Source: Planctomycetota bacterium (lineage in GTDB: Bacteria > Planctomycetota > SZUA-567 > H5-PLA8). Taken from it: DNA of 64,000 nt. The position numbers and the translations under genes were made by a program. A model generated the notes under the pieces. The model had not been told where the DNA came from. It worked only from the letters and a program-made list of their open reading frames with translations, and did not search any database. The stretch covers positions 96,001-160,000 of the forward strand of contig JBBRPR010000012.1 in assembly GCA_038227875.1 (NCBI GenBank), written 5' to 3'. Positions 41,358 through 51,614 of the stretch are shown here, one piece after another. The stretch's first letter is position 1. Every line of letters starts with the position of its first letter.

Positions 41358-44273
41358 ATGGACAATCAGGCCGCAAGCGCAGCCAAAACGCCACCCAACG
41401 GCACGCCTGCCGAAACGGGGAAGTCTGCGGCCTTCGATCCGAAAACCAAAACATTATGTATTCACGCGTTGCAGAGTCTCCGCGCGGGATTTTCGCAGGC
41501 GCTGTTGTATTCACAGGAAACCCGGCAATACGAAAAAGTAGTAGAGACCACATTTGAAGCGTTGAACGCGGCCGTGGAAGCGTTGAACGGATTTCATCTC
41601 AGCATTTCCCGCTCCGAAGCGATCATCAACGCGCAGCGACTGGACACGCCGCTGGCGGCGCGCTCGTCGATCGATCAGATCGACCGCTTCATCTACAACG
41701 CCGGCTTAAGCAGCGTGAAATTCGACAAGGGCCTGACTCGGCAGGAGATTGGGCCGTTTCTGCAGGTGGTCGCGCGGAAGAAGTTTGTCTCTTCCGACGG
41801 CGCGGCCATCAACAATCAGCTGCGCGAAATGGGCGTCAGCCACATTCTCGTGGGCGAATTGCGCTACGTCGGATTGACCGAAGGTGAGCAGGTTGTTACG
41901 CGCACGCAATCGCCAAGCTCCGCCAACCACTCCGGCGTGCAGGATGCCGTCAGCGAGATGGCCGACAGTTTCCAATCGCGGATGGACCTGATCCAGGACG
42001 TCGAAGCGCGCAAGCAGCTCCAGGTGGAGATGACCGGCCAGCTGATCGAGAAAGACGATGCGATGCTGGCGAGCCTGCTGATGGTCGGCGCGGAACATCT
42101 GCGCGAGATTGCGTCCGAGGAGATCGTGGCGCTGGCGGCTCTGCCTCGGCGCGATGGTGAACTGCTGAACTCTATCCTGCGCTTGGGCCGGCAGGTGCTG
42201 CTTAAAGGCATCGACCAGGACGACCAGATTTTCGTCAGCCTCCGCGATTTCATCCAGAAGTTGACGGAGCCCTATCGCCGGCGCGCGGAAGACATTCTCA
42301 ACCTGCTCGAATACGACGAGATGACGGCGTTCCTGTTGCCCGAGTGGCTGAGGCGCGCGGCGGCGTCGCTGAAGGGCGGTTCGGCGGAAGAACGCCTTGA
42401 GGGCATTCTCGTCCAGTCGCCCAATGCGCTGCTGGACGAGCGCATGTTCCCACAGATTCTGGACGTGCTCGACGAACTCTCCGTCGCGCGGTTGGACGAA
42501 CACGCCGAACGGCTGACGACGCACGTCGCCGGCGCGGTCAAAGCGCCGACGAAGAAGATGCGCATCAAGGCGGTGCAGCGGCTCTCGAAGCTGCTGGAAC
42601 GCTCGATGGAACAGACCTCCAACGCGGTCAAGATCATCGAAGACGCGCTGCTCGATGCGTGTCTCCACGAGACCTGCGACGAGGTGATGGTACTGCTGCT
42701 GGAGCATCTCGCGCACCGTAGCGAGCACCATTATACGCTTGAGAACTACGAGCGGAGCCTGGAGCACATCGAATTCATCGCGAGCCTGGAGCTGGCCTCG
42801 CGCTCGGCAATGCGGGCCGAAGCCGTCAACATGGCGCGCAAGACGCGCGAAAAGCTGCTCAAGTCGGAATTCGCCAAGGGGCTGCTTAAGGACATCCTCG
42901 CGCCGGAGCCCAAGGGGCACGTTGCGGTCCGGATGATTCAACTGCTCGGCAAGGAATTGTGGCTGAAATTGATCGACCTGATCGTCACCACGCCGGACAT
43001 CGCCACGGCGCGCACGCTGACGACGCACTTCGCTTCGTTTGGCAAAGACGCGCACGTCTTGTTCTTCTCGCTCTTTGAACGCGCCGACAACCGGCCGGCG
43101 ATGGTGCGGCTGCTGGACGTGGCGCCGCTGATCAGCGTGCATCCGGCGCTGTGGAAGCCGGCATTCAATTTACTGATGAATCCCGATTCGATTGTGCGCG
43201 ACCACGCGGTGGACGCGGTGCTGAAGCTGGATCCGGACATCTCGTACAAGACCATCTTCGAAGCACTGCGCGAAGACCGCGACCCCGCGCACCGCAGCGG
43301 GTTGCTCGCGGCTGTGGCGCGGACGTCGGATCCGAAGGCGCTGGCGATGTTGATCGAGGAGTTGAACAGCGCGCTGAGCAGTGAAAGTTATGACGAGATG
43401 CGCGTGGTGCTGGCGCTGGATGCATTGAGCGGCTTCGAGCATGAAGATCTGATCGAACCGGTGGCATCGTTGATCTGCCCGAAACACCGCACCCATTTGA
43501 ACGTCGACCGCGCGCTCTCGAAAACGGTAACGATTGCGGCGATCAAGTCGCTGGCCAAGATGTACAAACATCCGAACGCGATCGAAGCGCTGGAACGCGC
43601 GCGCACGCACAAGGATCCGGAGATCTCGCGCCTGGCGCTGGCGGCGCAGCGCGGGTTGGTCGCGGCCAAGCATCAGTATGAGGAAGTGCCGCCGACGATT
43701 CCGCCGTCGTCTGCCTCCGCGCCTGCGGTGACCGTGGTGAATGCAGTGGCGGCCAAGAGCGGCGGAGCCACGGCGATCCGTCGCCGCAGCTTCGAAGACG
43801 CGCCCGATTCGAGTGGAGCGACGGGCAGTTCGATTTTACGCGGAACACCAAAACAAGCGGGAGGATCGACGACGATCACGCGCGCGATTCCGCGCGAGGG
43901 AAGCGGGACCACGGCGGCTGTTCCGCCCACGCCGGACGCGAAGCCGATTCTCGAAGGCCGATTGGAAGACGTCGGATTGATCAACACGGTCCGCATGATT
44001 GGCGGACGCGATGGAACGCTGGTGATCGGCGCCGCGAACACGGATGTGCGGATGACAATTCGCGGCCGCAAGATCATTCATTGCATCTATGGCGATAAAT
44101 ACGGCGTCGAAGCGCTGACGAAGATCTACGAAATTCAGGAAGCGCCCTTCGCGTACTTCAGCACGCTCCCCGCACCGCCGGCGAATATGGAAATCGAGAT
44201 CAACAACATCGACCAGGCGATCCGCGAGTTCTTCCGCACGGGCGCCGCGCCGGATGAGACGGCGTTTTATTGA
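41358..44273 (+). CDS. Large helical/HEAT-repeat protein with C-terminal DUF4388-like domain
   Basis: HEAT-like helices; C-terminal LEGRLEDVGLINTVRMI..DGTL..IIHCIYG..GVEAL. Confidence 0.72.
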   Translation: MDNQAASAAKTPPNGTPAETGKSAAFDPKTKTLCIHALQSLRAGFSQALLYSQETRQYEKVVETTFEALNAAVEALNGFHLSISRSEAIINAQRLDTPLAARSSIDQIDRFIYNAGLSSVKFDKGLTRQEIGPFLQVVARKKFVSSDGAAINNQLREMGVSHILVGELRYVGLTEGEQVVTRTQSPSSANHSGVQDAVSEMADSFQSRMDLIQDVEARKQLQVEMTGQLIEKDDAMLASLLMVGAEHLREIASEEIVALAALPRRDGELLNSILRLGRQVLLKGIDQDDQIFVSLRDFIQKLTEPYRRRAEDILNLLEYDEMTAFLLPEWLRRAAASLKGGSAEERLEGILVQSPNALLDERMFPQILDVLDELSVARLDEHAERLTTHVAGAVKAPTKKMRIKAVQRLSKLLERSMEQTSNAVKIIEDALLDACLHETCDEVMVLLLEHLAHRSEHHYTLENYERSLEHIEFIASLELASRSAMRAEAVNMARKTREKLLKSEFAKGLLKDILAPEPKGHVAVRMIQLLGKELWLKLIDLIVTTPDIATARTLTTHFASFGKDAHVLFFSLFERADNRPAMVRLLDVAPLISVHPALWKPAFNLLMNPDSIVRDHAVDAVLKLDPDISYKTIFEALREDRDPAHRSGLLAAVARTSDPKALAMLIEELNSALSSESYDEMRVVLALDALSGFEHEDLIEPVASLICPKHRTHLNVDRALSKTVTIAAIKSLAKMYKHPNAIEALERARTHKDPEISRLALAAQRGLVAAKHQYEEVPPTIPPSSASAPAVTVVNAVAAKSGGATAIRRRSFEDAPDSSGATGSSILRGTPKQAGGSTTITRAIPREGSGTTAAVPPTPDAKPILEGRLEDVGLINTVRMIGGRDGTLVIGAANTDVRMTIRGRKIIHCIYGDKYGVEALTKIYEIQEAPFAYFSTLPAPPANMEIEINNIDQAIREFFRTGAAPDETAFY

Positions 44274-45530
44274 ATGGTGCGAATGTCGAATCGAACGGAA
44301 ACGACAAAGCGAATGACGAAATGGCGACTGGCATTTGCAGCCCCACTGGTATGGGTGGGAATGTCTTTTGCGATTGCGGGGGAAGCCTCGGCTGATCGTG
44401 AAGGCAAGGCTCAAGAATTGGAATTGCGAATTTTTCGCATCGCTTACATTTCGCCCAATCTTCCGTGCCCGAGCTTGTCGGATGAGTCGCTCTTAGACGT
44501 TTTGAAAATGATGAAGAGCCCGGGCGGGTCGATCGATTTCGAAAAGCGCGTGAACGCGCTTATTGTTCACGATGAATTGGACAATCTGAATGCGATGCAG
44601 CAGGTCGTTGAGCGAGCTGATTTGCCGCCGAAAGCCATTGACGATCCGGATGCTGTAAATCGCAAAAGTCGCCGTGATCCGGATTCGATCTTCTCGGCGA
44701 ACTTTACCGAACGTCCGCTCAAGCAGGTGTTGGATTATTTGAGCGAAGTTAGCGGCAAGGAAATTACGACTGCAAAGGCCAAAGACCAGAAGATGCTCGT
44801 CTCCATCAATCTTAAGAATACGACCTACCGGGCGGCGCTCGCTGTCATTGCGCTGAAGTACAACATGGATATCGACTGTTCTCAGACGAAGGACAACACG
44901 GTTGTGATCTCCTCGCCGGAGAAAGTTTCGATGGTCGTTAGGCACGCCGACATCCGCGACGTGATCAATCTCATCGCGATCCAATCCGACGCCAAAATCG
45001 TGATGGGACCCGAAGTAACCGGCGACGTATCGGCGCGATTTGAGGGTACGAGGTGGCGGGAAGCGCTCGACGCTGTCACCAGGCAGCTCGATTTCGTCGT
45101 CGTCAACGAAATCGACGGCACTGTTCGCGTGACGAGTCCTTATAAAATCACTTCTTATCATGGCGCTGCGGATAAAATTCCGATTACAGACGAACTCCGC
45201 AAATCCGCCGCAGCAGCAATCGCAGCCTACGGAAAAGAAATTGTCATCAGCCACACGCTGGAAATTGGGCAGCGTATAGAAGGTACAGTTCTGCTGCGAA
45301 ACAACGGCGATAAGCATGTGGTCAAGTTGGAACTGACGCTGGTCATTCCAATCAAAGATCAGGAAGAGCCCTTCGAACAGAGATTGGTGTTCTCGGAGAA
45401 AGACTGGAACTTCCCCATCCTCACAACAGAAAAAGATGTGCCGGTGGTGTTACGCCGGATCGACATGCCCTCGCCGACATTGAATGCCGAACCCGAATTC
45501 CGCATCACCTACCTGCAATTCGCACAGTAG
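44274..45530 (+). CDS. Protein with secretin-type N-terminal (N/STN-like) domains but no evident secretin barrel
   Basis: GSIDFEKRVNALIVHD..VVERADLP, ANFTERPLKQVLDYL, HADIRDVINLIA..VTGDVS..WREALDAV; start uncertain. Confidence 0.7.
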   Translation: MVRMSNRTETTKRMTKWRLAFAAPLVWVGMSFAIAGEASADREGKAQELELRIFRIAYISPNLPCPSLSDESLLDVLKMMKSPGGSIDFEKRVNALIVHDELDNLNAMQQVVERADLPPKAIDDPDAVNRKSRRDPDSIFSANFTERPLKQVLDYLSEVSGKEITTAKAKDQKMLVSINLKNTTYRAALAVIALKYNMDIDCSQTKDNTVVISSPEKVSMVVRHADIRDVINLIAIQSDAKIVMGPEVTGDVSARFEGTRWREALDAVTRQLDFVVVNEIDGTVRVTSPYKITSYHGAADKIPITDELRKSAAAAIAAYGKEIVISHTLEIGQRIEGTVLLRNNGDKHVVKLELTLVIPIKDQEEPFEQRLVFSEKDWNFPILTTEKDVPVVLRRIDMPSPTLNAEPEFRITYLQFAQ

Positions 45531-45799
45531 ATAGCACCCCTTTTTAGAGCCGTTCTATGCGCCTTTGCGTCCTTGCGCGAGATAAAAACTCCGCTCGACC
45601 TCGCCATTTTTGCTGAAATCTGAAAGAATTTTTAGAAATTCAAAAGAAGGCAGTTTCTTCTCACTGGTGCAAACCACAACTAATTGTGTTTTTGAAAATC
45701 TCCGACCACATTCTGTAGTCGCGTCTGTAAATGCTGAATTTCGTTGGAGTTACCTCTTGACGCTCTCAGTAGGGCGAGGTATCTTTCCCGTGCATGAAG

Positions 45800-45825
45800 T
45801 AGTGAAGATTAGTGAGCTTTAGTGG
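45800..45825 (+). promoter_or_regulatory. Putative MraZ-binding direct repeats
   Basis: TAGTG at 45800, 45810 and 45820 (exact 10-bp period) directly before mraZ. Confidence 0.7.
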
Positions 45826-46335
45826 ATGATGAAGGCCATGAGTGACTTTGGACCCGTAACCGAGACTGTCAGCGCGCCGCTCAAGGGCGGTCGTGCGACG
45901 TTCTACGGCACGGCGTACCACAAGATCTCGGGCCGCAACCAAGTCGCGATTCCCAAGCACTTGAAGCGCGCGATCGATGAAGCTCAAGAAGGTCAGCTCC
46001 TGCTGCTGCGGCTGCCGAACGAAAATTTCGTCCGCCTGTACACCAAGAAGCAGTTCGACGCGAAGTTGGATGAACTGAAGCAGAAAGCCGCGACGCAGCC
46101 GGTCGTCGATCAGCTGGCGCGGCTGGCCGAACCGATTGAACCGGACAGCCAGGGACGTTTCGTGCTGCCGGCCAAGTGGACCGATGCGCTGAATATTCGC
46201 GAAGAGGTCGCCTTCTGCGGCGCGTTTACGTTCATCAAGATCTGGCCGGCGGAACTGCAGCGCGAACAGGAACGCAAGGAAGCAGAACAGCTGGCGCAGG
46301 TCGGCGATCAGGTCAGTCAGATTCTGAATATGTAG
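45826..46335 (+). CDS. mraZ: Division/cell wall cluster transcriptional regulator MraZ (divergent)
   Basis: FYG..HKI..QVAIP, second repeat DSQGRFVLP, GAFTFIKIW; sits at the head of rsmH-ftsL-ftsI. Confidence 0.82.
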   Translation: MMKAMSDFGPVTETVSAPLKGGRATFYGTAYHKISGRNQVAIPKHLKRAIDEAQEGQLLLLRLPNENFVRLYTKKQFDAKLDELKQKAATQPVVDQLARLAEPIEPDSQGRFVLPAKWTDALNIREEVAFCGAFTFIKIWPAELQREQERKEAEQLAQVGDQVSQILNM

Positions 46336-46381
46336 TGAGTTGAGTGGACCGGGGCGAAGTAAAGAAGAGGGGCGGTGCAAC

Positions 46382-46633
46382 ATGGCTACAAAGAAGAGCT
46401 CGTTCGATCGAATCAAAACGCATCTGGATACGAAGGGCTGCGCGGCGCCGATCGCCGACGATTTGTCCCGCGATCTGGAGATGCTGGTGCGGCGCTGCGA
46501 CGAAGTGCGCAGCCTGAGCCGCGAGTACGGCGCGGTGGAGCTGTCACCGTACATGGTCAGCTTGTTGCACGTCTCGAGCGGCCTGCCGCGCGAAGAAGTG
46601 CGCTCGAATGCACAGGCCGTCGCGAGCGTCTAA
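46382..46633 (+). CDS. Small hypothetical protein between mraZ and rsmH
   Basis: GAGG RBS, ATG 46382, 83 aa, host-like codon usage. Confidence 0.6.
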   Translation: MATKKSSFDRIKTHLDTKGCAAPIADDLSRDLEMLVRRCDEVRSLSREYGAVELSPYMVSLLHVSSGLPREEVRSNAQAVASV

Positions 46634-46773
46634 AACGCAGCGCAGTCGTTGTGCTTTCCAACAGTACGCGGGACCTTGCGTAACCCGCGGCTGCGTGCCT
46701 CTCGCACCCGTTCGCATATTTTGAAAAACCACGGCTCAGACCAGCCCCGGTGCTGAGCCCTTGGCGCCTGACT

Positions 46774-47700
46774 ATGGCGGCTCACCAGAGCGTCCTGCTT
46801 CACGAATCCATTGAACTGCTTCAGCCGCAGCCTGGCCGCATCATCGTCGACTGCACGCTCGGCGCGGGCGGTCACAGCGCAGCAATCATCCCCAAACTTG
46901 GTCCAGGCGGACGGATGATCGGCTTCGACGTCGATCCTGAAGCGCAGGCCCTCGCTCGCGAGCGCCTGGAGCCTCTGGCTCGCGACGCCAACGTCACGCT
47001 CAACCTTGTCTCTGCGAATTTTCGCCGCATCGCTGCTGCCCTGCAAGAACTGGGCGTCTCCCAAGTGGATGGCATTCTCGCGGACTTAGGGGTCAGCTCG
47101 ATGCAATTCGACCGCCCCGAGCGCGGTTTCAGCTTCCGCTTCGATCACCCGCTCGACATGCGCATGGATCCCACGCTGCCGGAGACGGCGGCCGATCTGC
47201 TCTACACGCGTAGCGAGGAGGAGATCGCCGACATCCTGTTCCACCTCGGAGAAGAGCATAAATCGCGGCGCATCGCGCGGGCGATCGTGCGGCAGCGGGA
47301 GTTGGAGCCCATTGCCACGACCGGGCAGCTCGAAGAGCTGGTGCGTCGCGCGCTGCGGGTGCATGGGCACCGGCGCATTCACCCAGCCACGAAGACGTTT
47401 CAGGCGCTGCGGCTGGCGGTCAATCAGGAAATCGACGCGCTAACCGAATTTCTCGACGCCGCGCCGGAGCTGCTGTCCCCCGGTGGAACGCTGGCGCTGA
47501 TCACATTTCATTCATTGGAAGACCGTCCTGTTAAACAACGGTTTAAAGCTTTGGACCAATCCGGACGATTCCAACAGATAGGGAAGTTTGTCGCGCCGAC
47601 GGATGCCGAGGTGGAAGTCAACCCGCGGAGCCGGAGCGCCAAAGTGCGCGCAATTCGCGCAATAGAAGCGACTGAAAGTCCTGGAGCGGAAAGCCCATAA
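46774..47700 (+). CDS. rsmH: 16S rRNA m4C1402 methyltransferase
   Basis: HQSVLLHE, DCTLGAGGHS, DLGVSSMQ, PLDMRM, HPATKTFQALR, ITFHSLEDR, NPRSRSAK. Confidence 0.96.
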   Translation: MAAHQSVLLHESIELLQPQPGRIIVDCTLGAGGHSAAIIPKLGPGGRMIGFDVDPEAQALARERLEPLARDANVTLNLVSANFRRIAAALQELGVSQVDGILADLGVSSMQFDRPERGFSFRFDHPLDMRMDPTLPETAADLLYTRSEEEIADILFHLGEEHKSRRIARAIVRQRELEPIATTGQLEELVRRALRVHGHRRIHPATKTFQALRLAVNQEIDALTEFLDAAPELLSPGGTLALITFHSLEDRPVKQRFKALDQSGRFQQIGKFVAPTDAEVEVNPRSRSAKVRAIRAIEATESPGAESP

Positions 47701-48056
47701 TGTTGAGCGGCCGGCACTTCATTCTTCTCGGAATCCTCGCCTGCGCGGGCCTGATTTCCGTCCACGATGGTCAGCAACAGATTGAAATCTGCTACAAGCT
47801 CGGTTCGATGGAAAAAGAGATCCGCGACGTCCGCACCGATATTCAGCTCTGCAAGATCAAGCACCGCGCACTCCAGTCGCCCAAGGCCGTCATTGACCGC
47901 GCCAACGAATTGCACCTGACCGTGCGCCCGGCGAGCTCCGAAACGGAAGCCGTGACACCGCAAGCTCCCACGATTCCGCATCTGCCCGCCAAGTCTGTCC
48001 AGATTCCCAGTTTGCCGGTGATGAATGTCGCGGTCCGTCCGCCACAGGGGCACTAA
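47700..48056 (+). CDS. ftsL: FtsL-like cell division protein
   Basis: One TM helix plus coiled coil ending LQSPKAVIDRANELHL; between rsmH and ftsI. Confidence 0.65.
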   Translation: MLSGRHFILLGILACAGLISVHDGQQQIEICYKLGSMEKEIRDVRTDIQLCKIKHRALQSPKAVIDRANELHLTVRPASSETEAVTPQAPTIPHLPAKSVQIPSLPVMNVAVRPPQGH

Positions 48057-48058
48057 GT

Positions 48059-50002
48059 ATGAGCGACGACGCGAAGATCACCGATCTGCCCAAGGCCAAC
48101 ACCTATTCCGGCGGCTGCGATCACGATCACGGCCCCAGCGCCAGTTGGATGAAGACGCAGGGCGCCGGTTCCGCGCCTCGCGTGCGGACGGGCGTGATTC
48201 TCTCTGTGATTCTGCTGATGTACGCCGGACTCTCCGCGCGACTGTTTCAAATTCAGGTCGGCCAGCATAAGGTCTGGGACAAACGCCAGGGTGACCAGGA
48301 AGTAACCCGTGAATTGATAGACGCGCAGCGCGGTCCGATTTGCGATCGCAATTGGCTGCCGCTGGCCTTCTGCGTTCCGCGCGACACGGTCATCGCGGAC
48401 TTGCTGTTGATGAAGGATCAGGCCGATCGCGACAGTGCTGCGGCCAAGATTGCGCCGCTGCTGAATATGCCGGTCGCGGAGCTCGAACAGAAACTCAACC
48501 GCTACAGCACGACCTCGACGCCAGCTCCGGCCTCGATTGAGTCTTCGCCTGCGGGAGCCGCTCCGCCGAAAACGCAGGAGAAGCACCGCATCGTTTACCT
48601 CGCGCGCAACATCGATACCGACGTCGCCGACAAGATTCGCGCGCTAAAGATCAAGGGCATCGGTTTTGAGGATACCTTCCGGCGCACGTATCCGCAGGGC
48701 AATCTGGCCTGCCATGTCATCGGCTGGGCCGGGTTGGACGGCGGCATGGAAGGCCTCGAGATGGAGCTCGACCCGCTGCTGAAGGGTACGCCGGGTTATC
48801 TGCGGTATTATCGCGACGCAGCCAAGCGGCTGATCGCACTCAACGACGGCAGCGTCTCGCCCACGACCGGCACACCGCCGCGCGACGGACTGTCGATCTG
48901 CCTGACCATCGACGCGCGCATTCAGCAGACGGCCGAAGAAGAGCTGAACAAGATCCAGGAAGAGTTCCAGCCAAAGGCCGCGACCTGCATCGTCATGGAC
49001 GTGAGCACCGGCGCGATTCTGGCGATGGCGGTGACGCCGAATTTCGATCCGAACTCGCCGTCGAAATCGGCCAATGAAAACCGCCGCAACCGCACGATCA
49101 CCGACTTCTACGAACCGGGCTCGACGTTCAAGTCGTTCGTCGCATCCGTCGCGCTGGAACGGAAGCTCTGGCGCCGCACCGAAATGCTCGACTGCGAAAA
49201 CGGCGCCTGGCACCTGGGCTGGCGCACGCTCCATGACGCGCACGCCTATGGCATTTTGAGCTTCGATGACGTCATCGCCAAATCGAGCAACATCGGCGCG
49301 GCGAAAATCGCGTCGCGACTGGGACTCAACGGCCTGTGGGATGTCGTGAATCTCTACGGATTCGGACATCCCACGGGCATCAAGTTTCCCGGCGAACGCG
49401 CGTACGGCGTGCGCCCGCGCAAGAAGTGGTCGAACGACAGTTTGTACTCCGTCGGCATGGGCCAGGAAATCTGCGTGACGCCGCTGCAACTGGCGACGGC
49501 CTATTCGGCGGTAGTCAACGGCGGGATCCTCTACCGCCCGAAAATCGTGCAGCGCATCACCAATGAAGGCGGCGACGAACTGTACGCGCTTCATCCGCAG
49601 TCCGTGCGCCGGGTGATCAGCGAACAGACCAGCGCGCAGATGCGCCAGGTTCTGGCCCGCGTCGTTCAGCCCGGCGGCACCGGCATGCGCGCGTTCTGCG
49701 CGGAATGGCAGATCGGCGGCAAGACCGGCACGGCGCAGAAAGTCGATCCCGTCACCCACAAATACAGCAACAGTATGTACGTCGGTTCGTTCTGCGGCTT
49801 CGCCCCGGTCGACAACCCGCGGCTGGTCTGCCTGATCACCGTCGATGAGCCCCACAAGGGTATCGGCTACTACGGTGGCACGGTGGCCTGCCCGGGCGTG
49901 CGGGAAGTGCTCCGAAAAGGCATGACAGTGCTCAATGTTCCGCCCCGTTCTGCCGATGAACAGAAGAAGGCAATTGCGGACGCAAAGGTAAGCGGGCACT
50001 AG
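48059..50002 (+). CDS. ftsI: Class B penicillin-binding protein (FtsI/PBP3)
   Basis: RGPICDR, RTYPQG, EPGSTFK (SxxK), SSN, KTGT. Confidence 0.92.
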   Translation: MSDDAKITDLPKANTYSGGCDHDHGPSASWMKTQGAGSAPRVRTGVILSVILLMYAGLSARLFQIQVGQHKVWDKRQGDQEVTRELIDAQRGPICDRNWLPLAFCVPRDTVIADLLLMKDQADRDSAAAKIAPLLNMPVAELEQKLNRYSTTSTPAPASIESSPAGAAPPKTQEKHRIVYLARNIDTDVADKIRALKIKGIGFEDTFRRTYPQGNLACHVIGWAGLDGGMEGLEMELDPLLKGTPGYLRYYRDAAKRLIALNDGSVSPTTGTPPRDGLSICLTIDARIQQTAEEELNKIQEEFQPKAATCIVMDVSTGAILAMAVTPNFDPNSPSKSANENRRNRTITDFYEPGSTFKSFVASVALERKLWRRTEMLDCENGAWHLGWRTLHDAHAYGILSFDDVIAKSSNIGAAKIASRLGLNGLWDVVNLYGFGHPTGIKFPGERAYGVRPRKKWSNDSLYSVGMGQEICVTPLQLATAYSAVVNGGILYRPKIVQRITNEGGDELYALHPQSVRRVISEQTSAQMRQVLARVVQPGGTGMRAFCAEWQIGGKTGTAQKVDPVTHKYSNSMYVGSFCGFAPVDNPRLVCLITVDEPHKGIGYYGGTVACPGVREVLRKGMTVLNVPPRSADEQKKAIADAKVSGH

Positions 50003-50004
50003 AA

Positions 50005-50050
50005 ATGGCTCTTGGCTGTTAGCTCTTGGCTCTTGGGGGTGTGATCGCGA
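50005..50050. repeat. Heptamer tandem repeat (TGGCTCT-like), intergenic copy
   Basis: ATGGCTCTTGGCTGTTAGCTCTTGGCTCTTGGGGG; 33/35 identical to 5808-5842. Confidence 0.8.
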
Positions 50051-50106
50051 CTGCGCCCAGCAGGATTCTTGAACTTCAGCAATGGCGAACTTTTCGGAGA
50101 GCTTCG

Positions 50107-51570
50107 ATGAAACTTGAGACACTGGCGACCTACGCGACGGCCCAACTTCTGACACCCGCCGAACAGAAAGTGGAAATCACGGGCATCACCTGCGATTCGC
50201 GCAGCGTGAAGGCCGGCGACCTGTTTGCAGCGCTGCCGGGCTCAAAAATCGACGGTTCGGTCTTCGCCAAACAGGCGGCCGAACGCGGTGCGGCGGCGAT
50301 TCTCACGGAAACTCCCGAACTCCTGACTGGTCTGCCGCAACTCGTCTGCAAAAATGCGCGCTTGAGCCTCTCGCAGGCCGCGCGCGCGTTCTACGGCTAC
50401 GCGGACAAGGAATTGAAGCTGGGCGCGGTGACGGGAACGAATGGCAAGTCGACCACGGCGTATCTCGTCCGCCACCTGCTGAACAAAGCCAACCTGCGCT
50501 GCGGAATGCTCGGCACCATTGAATACGATCTCGGTTCGGAAAGCATCGAAGCGCCATTGACGACGCCTGAGTCGCTCGATCTGCACCGCTACCTGCGCAC
50601 GATGGCCGATGCCGGCTGCAAAGCGGCGATGATGGAGACCTCGAGCCATTCGCTCTGCCAGCACCGCGTCGCGGGATTGGATTTCGCAGTCGGTGTCTTC
50701 ACCAATTTGACGCAGGATCATCTCGACTACCACCGCACGATGGAAGAGTACCGCGCGGCCAAGGGCATTCTGTTTCGCAATCTGTCGAGCGACGCGGTGG
50801 CGGTGTTGAACCTCGACGACGCCGCGAGCGCCATTTATGCCAAAGAGACAAAGGCGAAAGTCCTGGGCTTCTCGACGAAGAATACCGGAGACATCTGCGG
50901 CCGGATTCGCAGCATGGATATTCACGGCACGCGCTTCCAGCTCGATACGCCGTGGGGCAAGCGGCAGATCATCTGGCGGCTGGTCGGCCTGCATAACGTT
51001 GAGAATTGCATGGGCGCCGTCGCCGCGGCCGTTTCGCTTGGTGCGAAGTTCGACGATGTCGTCGAAGCGCTCGGCTCGTTCGCCGGCGTTCCCGGACGGC
51101 TCGAGTCGGTCGGCGATCACGACAAGGTCCCGTTCCGCGTCTTCGTCGATTACGCGCATACCGACGACGCCTTGAAGAGTGTGATGCGCGCGCTTCGTGA
51201 ACTGAAACCCTCGCGCCTGATCACCGTGTTTGGTTGTGGCGGCGACCGCGACCGAACTAAGCGGCCGAAGATGGCCAAAGCCGTCGAAGAGATGGCCGAC
51301 CTGGGCGTGATCACCAGCGATAACCCGCGTACGGAAGATCCCGAAGCGATCATCGCCGACATTTGGAAGGGCATTCAAAACGAACGCCGCTTTATTGTGG
51401 AAATCGACCGCGCGCGGGCCATCGGCATGGCGATCCGCGAAGCGCGGCCCGGCGATGTAGTGCTGATCGCCGGTAAAGGTCATGAGAACTACCAGATCTT
51501 CGGCAAGGAGAAGCGTCACTTTTCCGACGTCGAAGCGGCCACGGAAGCGCTGGCCAAGCTGCAGTCCTGA
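50107..51570 (+). CDS. murE: UDP-MurNAc-dipeptide:meso-DAP ligase
   Basis: VTGTNGKST, LTTPE, METSSH, FTNLTQDHLDYH, VDYAHT, DNPR (DAP-specific), AGKGHE. Confidence 0.96.
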   Translation: MKLETLATYATAQLLTPAEQKVEITGITCDSRSVKAGDLFAALPGSKIDGSVFAKQAAERGAAAILTETPELLTGLPQLVCKNARLSLSQAARAFYGYADKELKLGAVTGTNGKSTTAYLVRHLLNKANLRCGMLGTIEYDLGSESIEAPLTTPESLDLHRYLRTMADAGCKAAMMETSSHSLCQHRVAGLDFAVGVFTNLTQDHLDYHRTMEEYRAAKGILFRNLSSDAVAVLNLDDAASAIYAKETKAKVLGFSTKNTGDICGRIRSMDIHGTRFQLDTPWGKRQIIWRLVGLHNVENCMGAVAAAVSLGAKFDDVVEALGSFAGVPGRLESVGDHDKVPFRVFVDYAHTDDALKSVMRALRELKPSRLITVFGCGGDRDRTKRPKMAKAVEEMADLGVITSDNPRTEDPEAIIADIWKGIQNERRFIVEIDRARAIGMAIREARPGDVVLIAGKGHENYQIFGKEKRHFSDVEAATEALAKLQS

Positions 51571-51614
51571 GTGTTCGAGTGGAGTTTTTAAGTGGAGCCG
51601 CGGGAGCGACATTC

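Noticed and set aside
45558..45582. Short GCGCCTTTGCGTCCTTGCGCGAGA repeat-like motif
   Set aside because: Single short occurrence in the window; not enough support for a repeat family.
45674..45721. NrdR-box-like palindromes (CACAACTAATTGTG; GACCACATTCTGTAGTC) upstream of mraZ
   Set aside because: Imperfect match and no ribonucleotide reductase genes nearby; cannot be assigned.
46333..46347. AGTG repeats after mraZ as a second MraZ operator
   Set aside because: Only two copies, at 9-bp spacing, overlapping the stop codon.
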